From: Ophelia neglecta
Taxonomy: Eukaryota
NCBI GenBank assembly: GCA_965285935.1
Contig: OZ260661.1
Span: forward strand, 45,632,001-45,696,000
Direction of reading: 5' to 3'
DNA length: 64,000 nucleotides
A model generated the notes under the pieces. The model was not told the DNA's origin and did not search any database. It saw only the letters and a list, made by a program, of their open reading frames with translations. Positions within the stretch are counted from its first letter, which is position 1; each line of letters opens with the position of its first letter. The position numbers were made by a program, and so were the translations under genes. Positions 1 to 12,544 of this stretch are shown here, piece by piece.

Positions 1-879
1 CCGTCGCACAGGCACTCATTAGGAATGTGAATTGGGCAGTCCCCAAACGTAGCCCTACAATAATTATATATAAATAGTAACGGTAATGTCCTTATTCCCT
101 CACAATTGAGATAATTTTATTCACACATTTAGTTTTGAATTCCTACAATAAATTTCCAATCATATCCCAACCGATACAATTAAATATCCGTACACTTTAA
201 TTTGAATCACTGCAAACAGTTTCCCTACATTTTAATATCAATAACAATTTCTCTGCATTTTTCTATCTCTCCAAATAAATCCCCGGGTGGCAGCTTTGTC
301 TAAGGTTCAGTAATGAGTCCAGACGCGTAGGAAGGAAAATCAAAGTGAGGGGGCCAACTTTACATCAGCAGCATAAAAAGTGGGGGGGGGGGCAAAACAT
401 ATGATGGCCCCCCCACTTTTTTAAGTCGGGGGGGGGGGGGGGGCGGGGGCATGCCCCCTGACTTTAAAAAGTGTGGGGGGGGGGGGGCATGCCACTGTAC
501 ATTGATCTTTACGTGCCAAAAAAACATTGAATAAATTCAATTATCGGGTGTGTATTGGTTTGTAAATAACCTGCCTACAGGTAACTGTTTGATGATGGTC
601 TAGCCAACTGAGGACAGACGCTACTTACCACTGCTGCATTACACTGTGACCATTTTGAGAGGGGAAAAAGTAAGAGGGTCATCATTAAAAAGTGGGTGGG
701 CCAAAACATTTGATGCCCCCCCCCCCCACTTTTTTAAGTGCCCCCGTTTTATTGTCGTTTTCCCTCAAGAAGGACTCACTCATTAAAAAAATATTGACAG
801 CCCTTTGATCCCCTGGCAATGTATATTTAACCTTGCAAGGGTATCTACAAATGGCTTAGTATTGAGCACTTTTCCCAAG

Positions 880-1714
880 AGGAGAACTCACTCATTAATA
901 AAAAAATGACAGCCCTTTGATCACCAGTAGGCTCTGTTCTGAGGTGTTGAATATCACATTTCGAATTGGGTCATAGCTAAGACGACTGAATGATTAACTG
1001 GCATCAACCTCCCATGTTGTTTATTACTTGCCGTGTTAAAATGAAAGTAACAATGTAGCATACAAATTTGATTTGACAGGTGTCAACACTTGTAAAGAAA
1101 CTTGTCATAATAGTTTATTATATCACAGCTAATTCGTCACTTTTCCTTTAGTCAACATTTGTAAAGAAACCTGTCATAATAGTTTAGTATGTCGCAGCTA
1201 ATTAATGACGTTTCCCGTACTTTTTGCTGTCAATGATATCCCAAAACATCTGGCGTTTGCAATAGTTTGTTACCAGCACATTAATCTGCCAATAATAGGA
1301 GAACTCACTCATTAATAAAAAAATGACAGCCCTTTGATCACCAGTAGGCTCTGTTCTGAGGTGTTGAATATCACATTTCGAATTGGGTCATAGCTAAGAC
1401 GACTGAATGATTAACTGGCATCAACCTCCCATGTTGTTTATTACTTGCCGTGTTAAAATGAAAGTAACAATGTAGCATACAAATTTGATTTGACAGGTGT
1501 CAACACTTGTAAAGAAACTTGTCATAATAGTTTATTATATCACAGCTAATTCGTCACTTTTCCTTTAGTCAACATTTGTAAAGAAACCTGTCATAATAGT
1601 TTAGTATGTCGCAGCTAATTCATGACGTTTCCCGTACTTTTTGCTGTCAATGATATCCCAAAACATCTGGCGTTTGCAATAGTTTGTTACCAGCACATTA
1701 ATCTGCCAATAATA
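880..1714. repeat. Direct tandem duplication, 2 x ~417 bp, near-identical
   Basis: ggagaactcactcattaata... starts at 881 and again at 1298; both copies end ...atctgccaataata. I saw one substitution (attaatgacg vs attcatgacg). Confidence 0.92.
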
Positions 1715-2447
1715 CCTCAATTTTTGCATATATTCTGCAAGTGCAAGGTTGTCCACCGGGCATATGTACATATAGCCATCGCTGTCCTTATATATACAAA
1801 CAATAACACGCGTGGGAATGAAAATAGGTCGGGTCAAGCTATAAAGGAATCCAGCGCATTGATACAAATTCAGTGAGACGTAGACTGGAAAAAAGTAGTA
1901 CAAACTGTCTATTTTGTCAGATGGTTTTGGTGATGTCGAAAACATTCTAATAAACAAACAAATCGACTTATGCAGCAAGTATGCGACAATATATTACTCA
2001 TCAAATCGGCCTCCTTTCCCAAGAAATACACAGCTGACTGTGGCGTATGAAAATTCAAAGCTGCGAGTCGTTCGTAATGAGACTGCATGGTCAGGTGTCC
2101 ACCTTCCCTTCGTAGCAGAGTACACAGGTCTCTTATCTTCGCCTGTAGCGGTGATGCGGAGAAGCTGTGCGATAAGCATTAGCACCTGCTGAGAAGGGTA
2201 GTGTCCACCCCAACCGGGTAAAATGGCGGCGATCGGCAGACGACAGAGGCGAGCGAACAGGGAAACGCGCGGGGTTCGAAGGTTTACATCGCACTGAAAT
2301 CGTCCGAAATAAAAAATTCCACGATTGGCGCCGACAGAAAGGCGTCGCCAAAAGTTGGGGGCGAACCGTCCGACAGCGGCCGAGAAAAATCGTAAACAAT
2401 TGGGTAACATATAATAAAGAAGATATATTAATGAAACTTATAATAAC

Positions 2448-5400
2448 CTCAGTAATCATTACACCAGACTGAGTCTGATTAATGATTGGAGCTAAGCCGA
2501 AGGGGTTGTCTCCTCTTAGCGCCTCGGGGTCGTCGAGTGAGTAGTATGTTATCAGACGGATCGGCGTGATCTTATCTACCGGGTTTTTCTGCCAATGGAA
2601 AAAAGATCAATAATGTATGGTGGGATATATTTTCATATTTAATAATTTGATTTTATCCTGGTATTTTTTCCAATTCCTTTCTGTAACAAACTTCTCCTGT
2701 GGTCCTGACGGCCATGACAAGACAAAAAACAAAAGTGAATCTATAACTTGCTCTGTGTAGGCGAAAAATAGTGCCGATGAAATGAACGGTGTTCTCCTTG
2801 ATCTTGATAGTTTGACCTACAACGCCCCTAATTATTCTGAATTGTGTTATACTGTAATGGTAAAAGATGTTGTGTCGCGAATAGGTCATGTAAACATGGT
2901 AAAAGAGGTGACGATGGTGTACTGATAACTGGCCACTTTCTTAATGTTGGACTGAAATTGTCTGTATATTCTCTTTGCTTTTTAATTGTATGATGGTCTT
3001 AATATTGCCAACCTGCAGCCGCTAATCGAAAACAAAAAAGTGAGGATCCGGTGGATACAGAGCTAGAGCTCTTAGCAGTCCATTGGCCAAGATATTTTAC
3101 TGGGTTGTTTTGGAAATTTCAGAGACTAAGTTGGTACCTCTGGTAATCAGGTTTTGTTTTATTCCTGTGAGCTTAACTACTCGGATCATAATTGTAGTGA
3201 TGGAAACCGAGAACTACTTTCAGCATGTAAAATCAGCATAAGGTTTATTTAAAATTTGTACTGAAGTATCCACTAATGACGAAAAATTAGCACTTCAGTT
3301 GGTCACATCTCGCCAGTATTTCATTAAATATGAGTTTGTACTCTCTTTAATTATTATTTGCACCATGACATGGCATATACAGCTAGAAAAATAACAATCG
3401 TGAGTAACTGAAGACAAACAATAACAACACAAATTCGACTAGAATTCATAGGAGTCGGTGTAACTTGTCCCTTTGAGAAACTTTATAATATAATTGTACA
3501 AGCAACATAACCATGTCCATTCAGGAATACGCTGTCGTCAAGGGCATGAACATTGAGTGATAAAATGTCATACGACCCAACACATGGAATGCTGTATATT
3601 CTAAAAAACTGACATTTTCGGAGCCAGTGGATCTGCAATAATGAAAAAAGCGTTGCTGTTTAACAAGTGAGCTACATGTTCAGGTTTTCTTGGTCCAGAA
3701 TTAGTACAGTTATATATAACTAGCAAGCTAAGTGTCATAAGTAAAAATGGTTGAAATAGCCACATATAGGCTAAATCGTTCAAATAAATACAATAGTGGC
3801 ATGACTATTTACCCTGCTAACCCTGCACTCTAAATCTACGCCCATTTATACACATCGGCCAGAAATCACTAATCAACAATGCGGCAAAGTCATCATTGCT
3901 CATTGTCAGTCACTACACCATTGTCAGTCACGTGACTTTGATGTTACAACTGTGCCAGTGATTCATGGCTTTATTAATTTTTAAAAATTTAACACTAATT
4001 ACATAATTTTCCTGTTCCTTTATTTAAGATAATTTTAATCGATTTTATAAGTTGGTTTTTCCATGCCGTGGTCCATGACTGTAGAATGATCAAGTAATTT
4101 CTTCGGGTGTCGGTAGAAAATGGAGAAAGAAACTTCGGGAAGCACCCCTCCCCCCCTCCTAATATATGGGAAGTACCCCCCCCCCCCTCCGGATATATAA
4201 TGCCATGTTGTCAGATTTCAAACAATAATTTGTTCATTTTACCCGGAACAAATTCCCATTAATTTTGTTACCTTCCGTATCATAATATGGCTGAACTAAA
4301 TACAAGTATACATCATTTATTGGCCAAATGCCGAGGAAAACAACGTTACAACAGCATACATGGCCATAGTGCGCTAGAGAAGAACATTAAATCTCAAAGT
4401 GGTCGAAATTTTCACGGAAACAATATAGGCGTATCTTTAAATCCATAAATAGCTCATTGAAAGTGGTCCAAACTTTATGGAGGTAATAATTATTATTCAG
4501 CCATATACTAAATTATAACAGTATTAACACTATTGATAGTTGTATTAAAAGCCTTGCAAAGTATGTTGTTAATAGTTTGCGAAATGTAGGACAAACATGA
4601 ACATTAATAAGTCAGACATTGGGGTAGGATGTGTTTGTATTACATAACTGAGCTGGGCTGTCATCACAGTTCGTTTGCTTGAACACTCTCCCAACATATT
4701 AATAAATAGTCTACACACATAATGTCTCTGTATGTTAGTAATTCTTGTTAAAAGGCTGGTTTGTATGAGCTGTGAGTTAATACAAAAAGAAAAATGAAAA
4801 CGAGATGAGAATGCCTACTACATGACTTACTGGCACTTGGATGTTAAAGTTCATTTCGGCTTCCCGTTCTCGTTCCAGTATGTTCCGACCCTGCCTCTCA
4901 CCCGTGGTGTTAATAAATCGAGCACGGTGTGAAAGGGATTCAAAATCGTCCACAGCGATATTCCAGTTAATTGCTGGTGGAAGAAAAATACGAAGCTGCG
5001 GATTATTTGAGCAAGATGCCGTATAAGATAGAGTATAATAGCCTATGCAAACATCAATATCTCGAGCGTAAGACTTTTGTTGCATCTGGGAGTAGAAGGA
5101 AATCCACCATCTCAGGATGTATTATGGTAAATTAAAACCACTGTGGTGCGGTACCGGCGTTCCTTTTGTCTTTGCATGGAGTGAATAAAGGATGGGTTTC
5201 CTTTTTTCCATTACAGGAGACTTTTTCATCGCATCCCGGCACCACAGGGCGGAGTACAGGTAGTCATTAAAATGTATCTATAGACTCACCATGACTTGTC
5301 GCAAGGGCCTGGGGTTTGAATGAATTCCAAGAGAATCTAAAACTGATGTCAAAACATGGAACGCTATTTCTTGAAGAAGTATTGCACATGTGTTCTCCCG

Positions 5401-8400
5401 GTTTGATGCACGTGTCTTGGAACGTGACGGTTGAAGAAATTGTGACGACCGGCCTGGAACGCACAACAAAAACGTGGTCCGACTCGTAAGCTCCCAAACT
5501 AATATCTATTCCGGGAGATAAACATTTTGATAAACATCTTATCATCCATCATAATTATGTACATGAATTCTTATGCAATTTGTCCACGTATGTTCAAATT
5601 TTTAAAAGTTATCCAACATATATCTAGTGTCATAATTTGAAAATGGAAACGTAGTGGACGCTTTTATCATTAATATAATTGTAAGAATTTTATTGCATTA
5701 GATAACGAAACATATATTTGTTTATTCTTCGTATTTTTAAGAAAGCGGTGGCCATTGTCGATTTCTTACGCCTCTTCCACAATTCTAGATAGACGACTAC
5801 CAAGCTGTTTAAGGCGCGACACTATTTCTCTCGGAATGACAACGCGATCTCTTTCAAGCGCGACCCCTTAGGGTTTGCATTGACCATAACCCGAGGCATG
5901 CCAGTTTTTATGTGTCAAATAATATGTCAATAAACATGAAACGAGCTTCGATTCAACTAATAACCGGAGTGGAGAAAATAAAAACTGGAAATCTTTCACA
6001 GTACGAAAATAAAAAGCAGATTTTAAAGAAATTAGGTTAACACATTTTTAATGTTGGCCGGTTTGCTGTACATTCGTTGATGTACTCGAATATTTCAAGT
6101 AACGAACAGCAACATATAAAACAATTTGGAACTAGTGGAAAATAGCTTGTTATTTTACTTTATATAGAAGCAGACGCTACCGTCATATCCGTTTCTATCA
6201 ATATCAAACGCTCCCGTCATCCCATATCCTAGACCACGTGGCTGCCCAGGCAGCTCATTGGCTGATATTCGCTGTGTGTAGTTGATGGATACGCCGTTAG
6301 GGGAGCCGTTAAACACATACACAGCGCCACGATTGTCGTTCTCATAGGGAGCTCCTACTATTAAGTCTGAGTGAGAATAATGGCAACAGTATTAAAAGTA
6401 CACAATGCCCGCTGTGAGATAAAATATTCTAAGGTCATCATAGCACATTTTTGTCCTAACATAAAACATACATGCGCCTTATTGGAAATATAATTTGGTA
6501 GTTATCGTTATAGGGAATAAACGATATTTATTTGTTCTTGACATGTAGGATGGACAGAAATAAATATATGAAATCCACATGAATTTTCTCCAAAGAATGT
6601 GCAGGTCTGTCTTTTTAATAATTAATCATATCAAACTACAATAGCGTGTCAGATAAATAATACTTGTTTACTGACCGGTGTAACCATCGCCATCCAGGTC
6701 TCCGGCGGAAGATATTGTTGTCCCAAATCTACTGAACTGCTGGTCGTTCTTCAATTTGGGTCCTTCAATCAAATCACCCTGTTTACAAAATTCACAAACA
6801 ATCCTCTCTGTTACTTAATCCGTTCAATATTAATGGTCTTCAACGACATTTAAGAATAAATATTGGTTAATTCTACACTCGAAAAAGGTGTTAACAAATA
6901 AATAATTGTAGCATGATTCTTTTAATTTTGAAAGTGGTCTGCACATTGAAAGGTGTGATTTAGAGAACAGTCTTATACATGTGGTTTACCTGAGTGCCGT
7001 AATACACGTACACCAGACCCTCGTCTCCTTGGCGAGTCGTGTAGAATGGTGCCCCAATAAAAAGGTCGTCCCAACCGTCTCCGTTTACATCAACAGCCAA
7101 CAGAGCAGATCCGAAACCAGACTTGTACTGGTGTTATTAAAAATACGAATTCAGATAATGTTAATTTCTACTCGATGAAAACTGACCAAATAACCGGATG
7201 TTTAATAGCACACTTTGTCTTATGCCATGCACTTAGGTTTTCGGTTAATAAATATACCAGGACAGGGAAAGAACATGTCAAATCTTGATTCATCTCAATT
7301 TATAAGATATTGGCTGAATGATATCGTGAATTCATGGCAGTTCATTAGGAGGCGGGTTCCAACGCGGGCCCCTCGTGCAAAGACAGTGAGGGTCTGGTCA
7401 CTGGAATTAGTGGGCTGCCGAAGATGGGCCAATGTACCTAGTCATATCGGGGTAGGCTGAACTGTAGCTTGGTTGCTATTCTCATATAACCGAGGCCTTC
7501 GGAAGGTACTGTCGAAAAGATGGACCTTGAGTCGAATAGAATCAAGGTTCATTCGAAAAAAAGGACGCACATGTGAAAAAGAAAGACGGAACGTATAGTC
7601 GAAAAGACGGAACGTACAGTCGAAAAGACGGAACGTACAGTCGAAAAGACGGAATGTATAGTCGAAACGACGGAAAAGACGGAACGAACAGTCGAAAAGA
7701 GGGATTGTATAGTCGCAAAGACGGAACGTATAGTCGAAAAGACGGAGCGTACAGTCGAAAAGACGGAGGGTAAACTTGAAAAGACGGAAGTTACAGTGGA
7801 AAAGACACACGGCACGTCGAAAACACGAAAGGTATAGTACAAATGTCGGAAGGCACAGTCGAAATGATTGAGACGGCTAATCCATGTTAATCTTGAGATT
7901 CAACATGATCTATAGGCTAAATGCATTGCGTGTGATACTTTAAGATACATGTATTGCATCCACCTGCGGTAACAATAGCAGTATAGTAGGCTCTAGTCCG
8001 GAGGGGGGGGGGGGGTGAAGGAGTATGAGAATGGGGGATTTGGGTGTTCCCTTCCCAGACCATCCTCTTGAGAGGTACACACCTCCCACGTCCTCGCCAT
8101 GTTCTCTGGAAGAGCAACTCCTAGACAGAGAGGGGCCAATGGAGACCAGAAACATTAATCAAGTCTGTTCATGCGGATAGGTTATCCAGTCCAGTTTCAC
8201 ACACACCTATATATCTGACCTAATTATATCTACCATTGAGACTGTAAAGAAGCAGCAATTATTCTTTACTTCTCCAATGCTTTAACTTACGCCCGATGTC
8301 TTACATAACATAATTCAGAGCTTAAAATTGGGCTTACCTGAGTCGAATTTAATCTTTTCAACAGGTAAGCATTTTGGACTTCCAGCCGATAAATAATTAC

Positions 8401-11297
8401 CTGAAATATTAAATATGTTAAGAATATGCCAGGATATGTATTATCAAGGCTCTTTTCTTTTATTATAAATGTAATTATTTATAAAAAAAAAACAACCTCC
8501 AATGTGTATCTATCATTACTGCATCTGTAAATAGCCAAGTGACCACGTGTGTGCTCATTAAATTATGATGCCAATCTTTTGCCTGTGCTGCGGGTTTATT
8601 ATTTGATAATTGACACTGGACAACAGGCAAAATGTGAAAAGATTATTTAGCTTTACTCAATGCAAATTTCTTAAATTAGATTAATGTACTTGTCCTTCCA
8701 GGTTGTAGTTCGGCGCTCCCGCCACCAAATTGTAGGAGTCTTTATCATCACTCAAGATATTACCGGTGGTGACTGCGTAGCCTTTGTGTTAAAAGCAGAC
8801 ATAAGGAAGAACTCTCAGACATAATTATCTTGACGTTCATTTGTGCCAGATGTTATAACAACTAATCAATATTAAGGGCACATACCAATGTATATAGAGC
8901 CCTTAACAATCACAGCTGCCAAACAAATTAATTGTGTTGCTTCAACAAAAGTGAAATCGAAGTTAGCTTCTGTCATGATACGAATCTGGCGTATTGCATA
9001 ATAAAATATTTACATAGATTTCATTACTTACCTAGGTTGCTGTTTTTTCGTACCGAGTACGGTATGTCACTGATAGAGTACCTCGTGTCATTAGTTAAAT
9101 AAAGCTCGACGCCACCTGGTAGTAAATATAATACAATACTGACATACTGACATACTGATATATGTGTAAGTTGAGAAGTAGATTTAGTGGTGTCGTACCA
9201 AATAGTTTCAGGAGTTCGAAGAAATGGCGGAGCTGTATTATTTTTGTATAAAAAAAGATTAACATATAAAATGGTACCAGAATTATCGTAGTGACGCTGT
9301 GGGAGACCCGGCCTACCGATGTACATATTATTATCCTGCAATTAAAATCGGGTGTACAAGAATCGTTGGGGTGAGTTTTAGATAGCCGATAGAATATCAG
9401 TGTAGTATGAAATATACAAATACATTTTAATAATCATTACTGGAAGAACAATGTTGTTGTTTACTATCATAGCGGGGCTGAATATACCTTTGCTACATGG
9501 GCTGACATTCCTGACAAAGTAGAACCAAACAGATATTTAAATTGTGTGGAATGGTTGTAGTAAACGCGGTGGCCATGACCCGTAAATCGGATTGTTTTAC
9601 TTTGCCCTTCTTCTGGGTGTCCCTCGTGTATATAGCAGATTCCATTCGGAGACCATTCATCTATACTACTATCGTTAAAGGCAACCTGATAATTATTCCT
9701 CCACAGATGGCCGCATGCCTGCAAGTTGTTCGAAGAAAATAAGTTCTCATTTACATATATGTAAATATATATTAGATCTAGGTTGAAAAAACAAAAAAGA
9801 CAGCTAGAAGTTACAATGTTATTTATAGTTACATGTATAAGTGGATATATATGGAAGACGAATTTTATATCTAAGAATTGTTCATTTATATAATTAGGTC
9901 CAGGATACAAAATACCAAACTAGTTTACAATGTTACAGGGGTTAATGTTTCCTCTTTTATTTCAAAAGATAAATATGGAGACTATCATTGATGATCATAG
10001 TCCATGTATATATAATACAGAGTCTGACAAGTAGGTGGTGTAGGTTGTACAACGTTAGGATATGCCGGTATCCGGCAAGACCCCCCCCCCCCCCCCAACC
10101 ACCAAATGATAATTCAGATATCCTTTATATATTTGTAAACCGCTTTTTCATATTGGCTTCGTGGAAATATTGATCAGTATGCTCGAGACTCGGAGTAATA
10201 ATGTGGCTGCTCTATACTTGGTAATTAATCGACATCTTTTCGGGGTTAGAAAAGACACTCGTTTATTTATTCTAAATGACAAACAAATAACAGATCCGTA
10301 TGTTGTGACCTGATAGTATTAAAGTAATTCTTGGCGAGTGCACGGTAGCCCGTATAAGGACAATCTCTACCGGTAGGCCTATGGTATAAGGGTATTAAGT
10401 TAGATATATAAATAAGTGAGTAAATAGCAATGGTTTTTTGCACATAGTCTTGTTTCAGAAGATATGCACTTGTGCAGAGCCCTTGTCAGTTTCGTCAGAA
10501 AAGTCTCATAGCTTATTATTAAAAAAGCCACCTCGTTTTTTCTCTCCAAAATGCCACCATATAGACATGTGTTATGTGCTATTTTATTTATTTATATTGA
10601 GATACAGATGTCCAAACACTGTGCACCTACCACCAGTCGGGAAGGAGAGCCGGCCCTGGAGTCAACTGATACTCCTAAAAATTGATGATCTTTGATATCT
10701 CCCCATAAATCCTTTCTGTGTGTATTTCCTAAAAAATGCAAACAGGAGAGCAATGTTAAAAAAAAGAAGACACCTTAAATGACCGAATAAAAAAACGACG
10801 TGAATTATACATAATAACCACTAATTAAGTGGATATAATCCCTTTACACTATTTGTTATTGCCTTAACCCCAGATCGGCTAGGAAAATAATAAATAACAT
10901 GCCTGTAGTTTCCAATCCTATTTGACTACAGGCTAGATCTGATAGGATGAGTGGACACATGTATATTGCTCCCGGAGACACTAAGCTGGGCACTTTACTC
11001 GAGTTGGCACGCGGAGCTCCAACCAGGAGCCTGTATATATTGAATAAGAGATTATACATTAACATCTATTCAATAATTTGCATTATGTTTTCCCAGCAAT
11101 TGTATTGTTATTTTGCCTTATACTACGTACCATGAATTTCCAGGAATTGAATGAATGGCAAGAGAAAATCCTAAGTAACTCCCAGCTGGTCCTTTATACC
11201 TAAGAGGTACGCCTTGAAGATCAATGTTATATGGGTGAACATTGCAAATCAGTCCCAAAGACATGGCAATCTCCCAAAACTGTAAATAACCCATCAT
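2448..11297 (-). CDS. Integrin alpha subunit, alpha4/alpha9-like, paralog D (partial: exons 1-14; calf/TM/tail exons absent from window)
   Basis: Exons: 11297-11131, 11030-10903 (GC donor), 10728-10631, 9718-9488, 9335-9278, 9115-9032, 8781-8690, 8400-8338, 7127-6990, 6778-6676, 6366-6181, 5505-5290, 4973-4831, 2588-2448. Open frame throughout. Exon 15 was not found in 1-2447, so the gene either continues off the left edge or is truncated. Confidence 0.85.
5141..5247. mobile_element. Small MITE-like inverted-repeat element (intron 12 of D)
   Basis: ctgtggtgcgg at 5141 and its reverse complement ccggcaccacag ending 5247. Confidence 0.45.
7560..7830. repeat. 21-bp minisatellite (AAGACGGAACGTACAGTCGAA), ~11 copies, intron 8 of D
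   Basis: Directly visible; explains the spurious repetitive ORFs 7442-7842. Imperfect inverted ends at ~7271 (gaacatgtcaaatcttgatt) and ~7910 (aatcttgagattcaacatgatc) suggest it lies in a non-autonomous DNA transposon. Confidence 0.9.
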
Positions 11298-12544
11298 TAG
11301 ATAGGTATTATTCCTGCCCTAAATGTTTAGATTTCTAGTTTGTATCACATTTAACAAGAGATCGGTTATTGTCGAGTATCCTTTGTATCATATCTTCAGT
11401 GTTAGTATAAAATTGTAATCTTCGGTATATAGCTCCTGTTCGAAAATGTCATATGATGGGTGTATCAATGTGTGTCTGCGAAACTGATAGAAGGATGTTT
11501 GAGTGTCAACTGCACTTGGTCCTTCCTGGAACCACTAAACTTGGTTTGGTTGTTCCAGGTCCTTCCCATAACGACCAACGCACACTCCGTTAATAGAAAT
11601 ATTATACACACACATATTTGTAAATTGAGCACATATACATGTATTGTATTTGCTCACCGCAATAGATTTGTCGAGCTAAGGCGAGTAATGGGAGAGTTTA
11701 GGTACAACTATGAGCTGGATCTTTAGACTGACTCATCACCATGTAATTTGGAACTAAAGGAACTTTGACAAGCAGGGAGCAATCATCAGATTCTACCCCG
11801 CTTGGGGGTATTAAGTCTCCTCGCATAGCAGGAACATGCTTTACCAGCTACCGTCAGCTGTAGGCCCACAGACCTCAGATAATTGTAAATAAAATTGTAA
11901 TGTATAGGATATTAAAATATAATATGCTAGTTTGCGATCAGGAGTTGTTTTTCCTGACGCTAGTCAAAGCACACTCAGAACGAACAGGTCAGTTGCCATG
12001 CCGTCAGGGAAACTACTAGATACTCGAAGCCCTTTTGAGGAATTGGACTGGGATTCCAAATCCAAATCATTCTAACATTAGGAATTCTACTGTATAGTAC
12101 TCAGATATATACGGCCTAATATCTATTGGACTGAATGAGGTTAATCTATTATCAGAATTGCTTATCTGTTAACAAACAATGCTAAGGAAATGTGCTTTAT
12201 TATTGACCAGAGTGTTGGTGGTGGTGGTGGGGGGGGGGGGGGGAGGCAAAACATTGTTCCCGGACGCGTCCTCAACCTCCCCCCCCCCTCATTTTTACTT
12301 GCACAATAAAAAAAAGTATAATAATACTCGTATACGTAAAACGTTACTTTAACATTTTCCTGAGTTTTATTCGAATGTTGCGTTGAAATAAATAAAGATT
12401 AAATAATTAAATAACGAGGAGTAGGCCCATTCAACCCCAAACTCTATATCTAATCATGAGTATAGTATGAAAAAGCATATTTATATCACGAGTCACTCCA
12501 ACACTGATTTTCTTTTGTTAATAAAAGGGCAACCCAAATCAGCC

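Noticed and set aside
7442-7842. Repetitive ORFs and a CRISPR-like appearance
   Set aside because: Contiguous 21-bp tandem repeat without spacers, eukaryotic intron context, no cas genes.
12517-12523. GTTAATA as a target-site duplication of the LINE (also 14509-14515)
   Set aside because: Only 7 AT-rich bases and the 5' junction is unresolved; could be chance.
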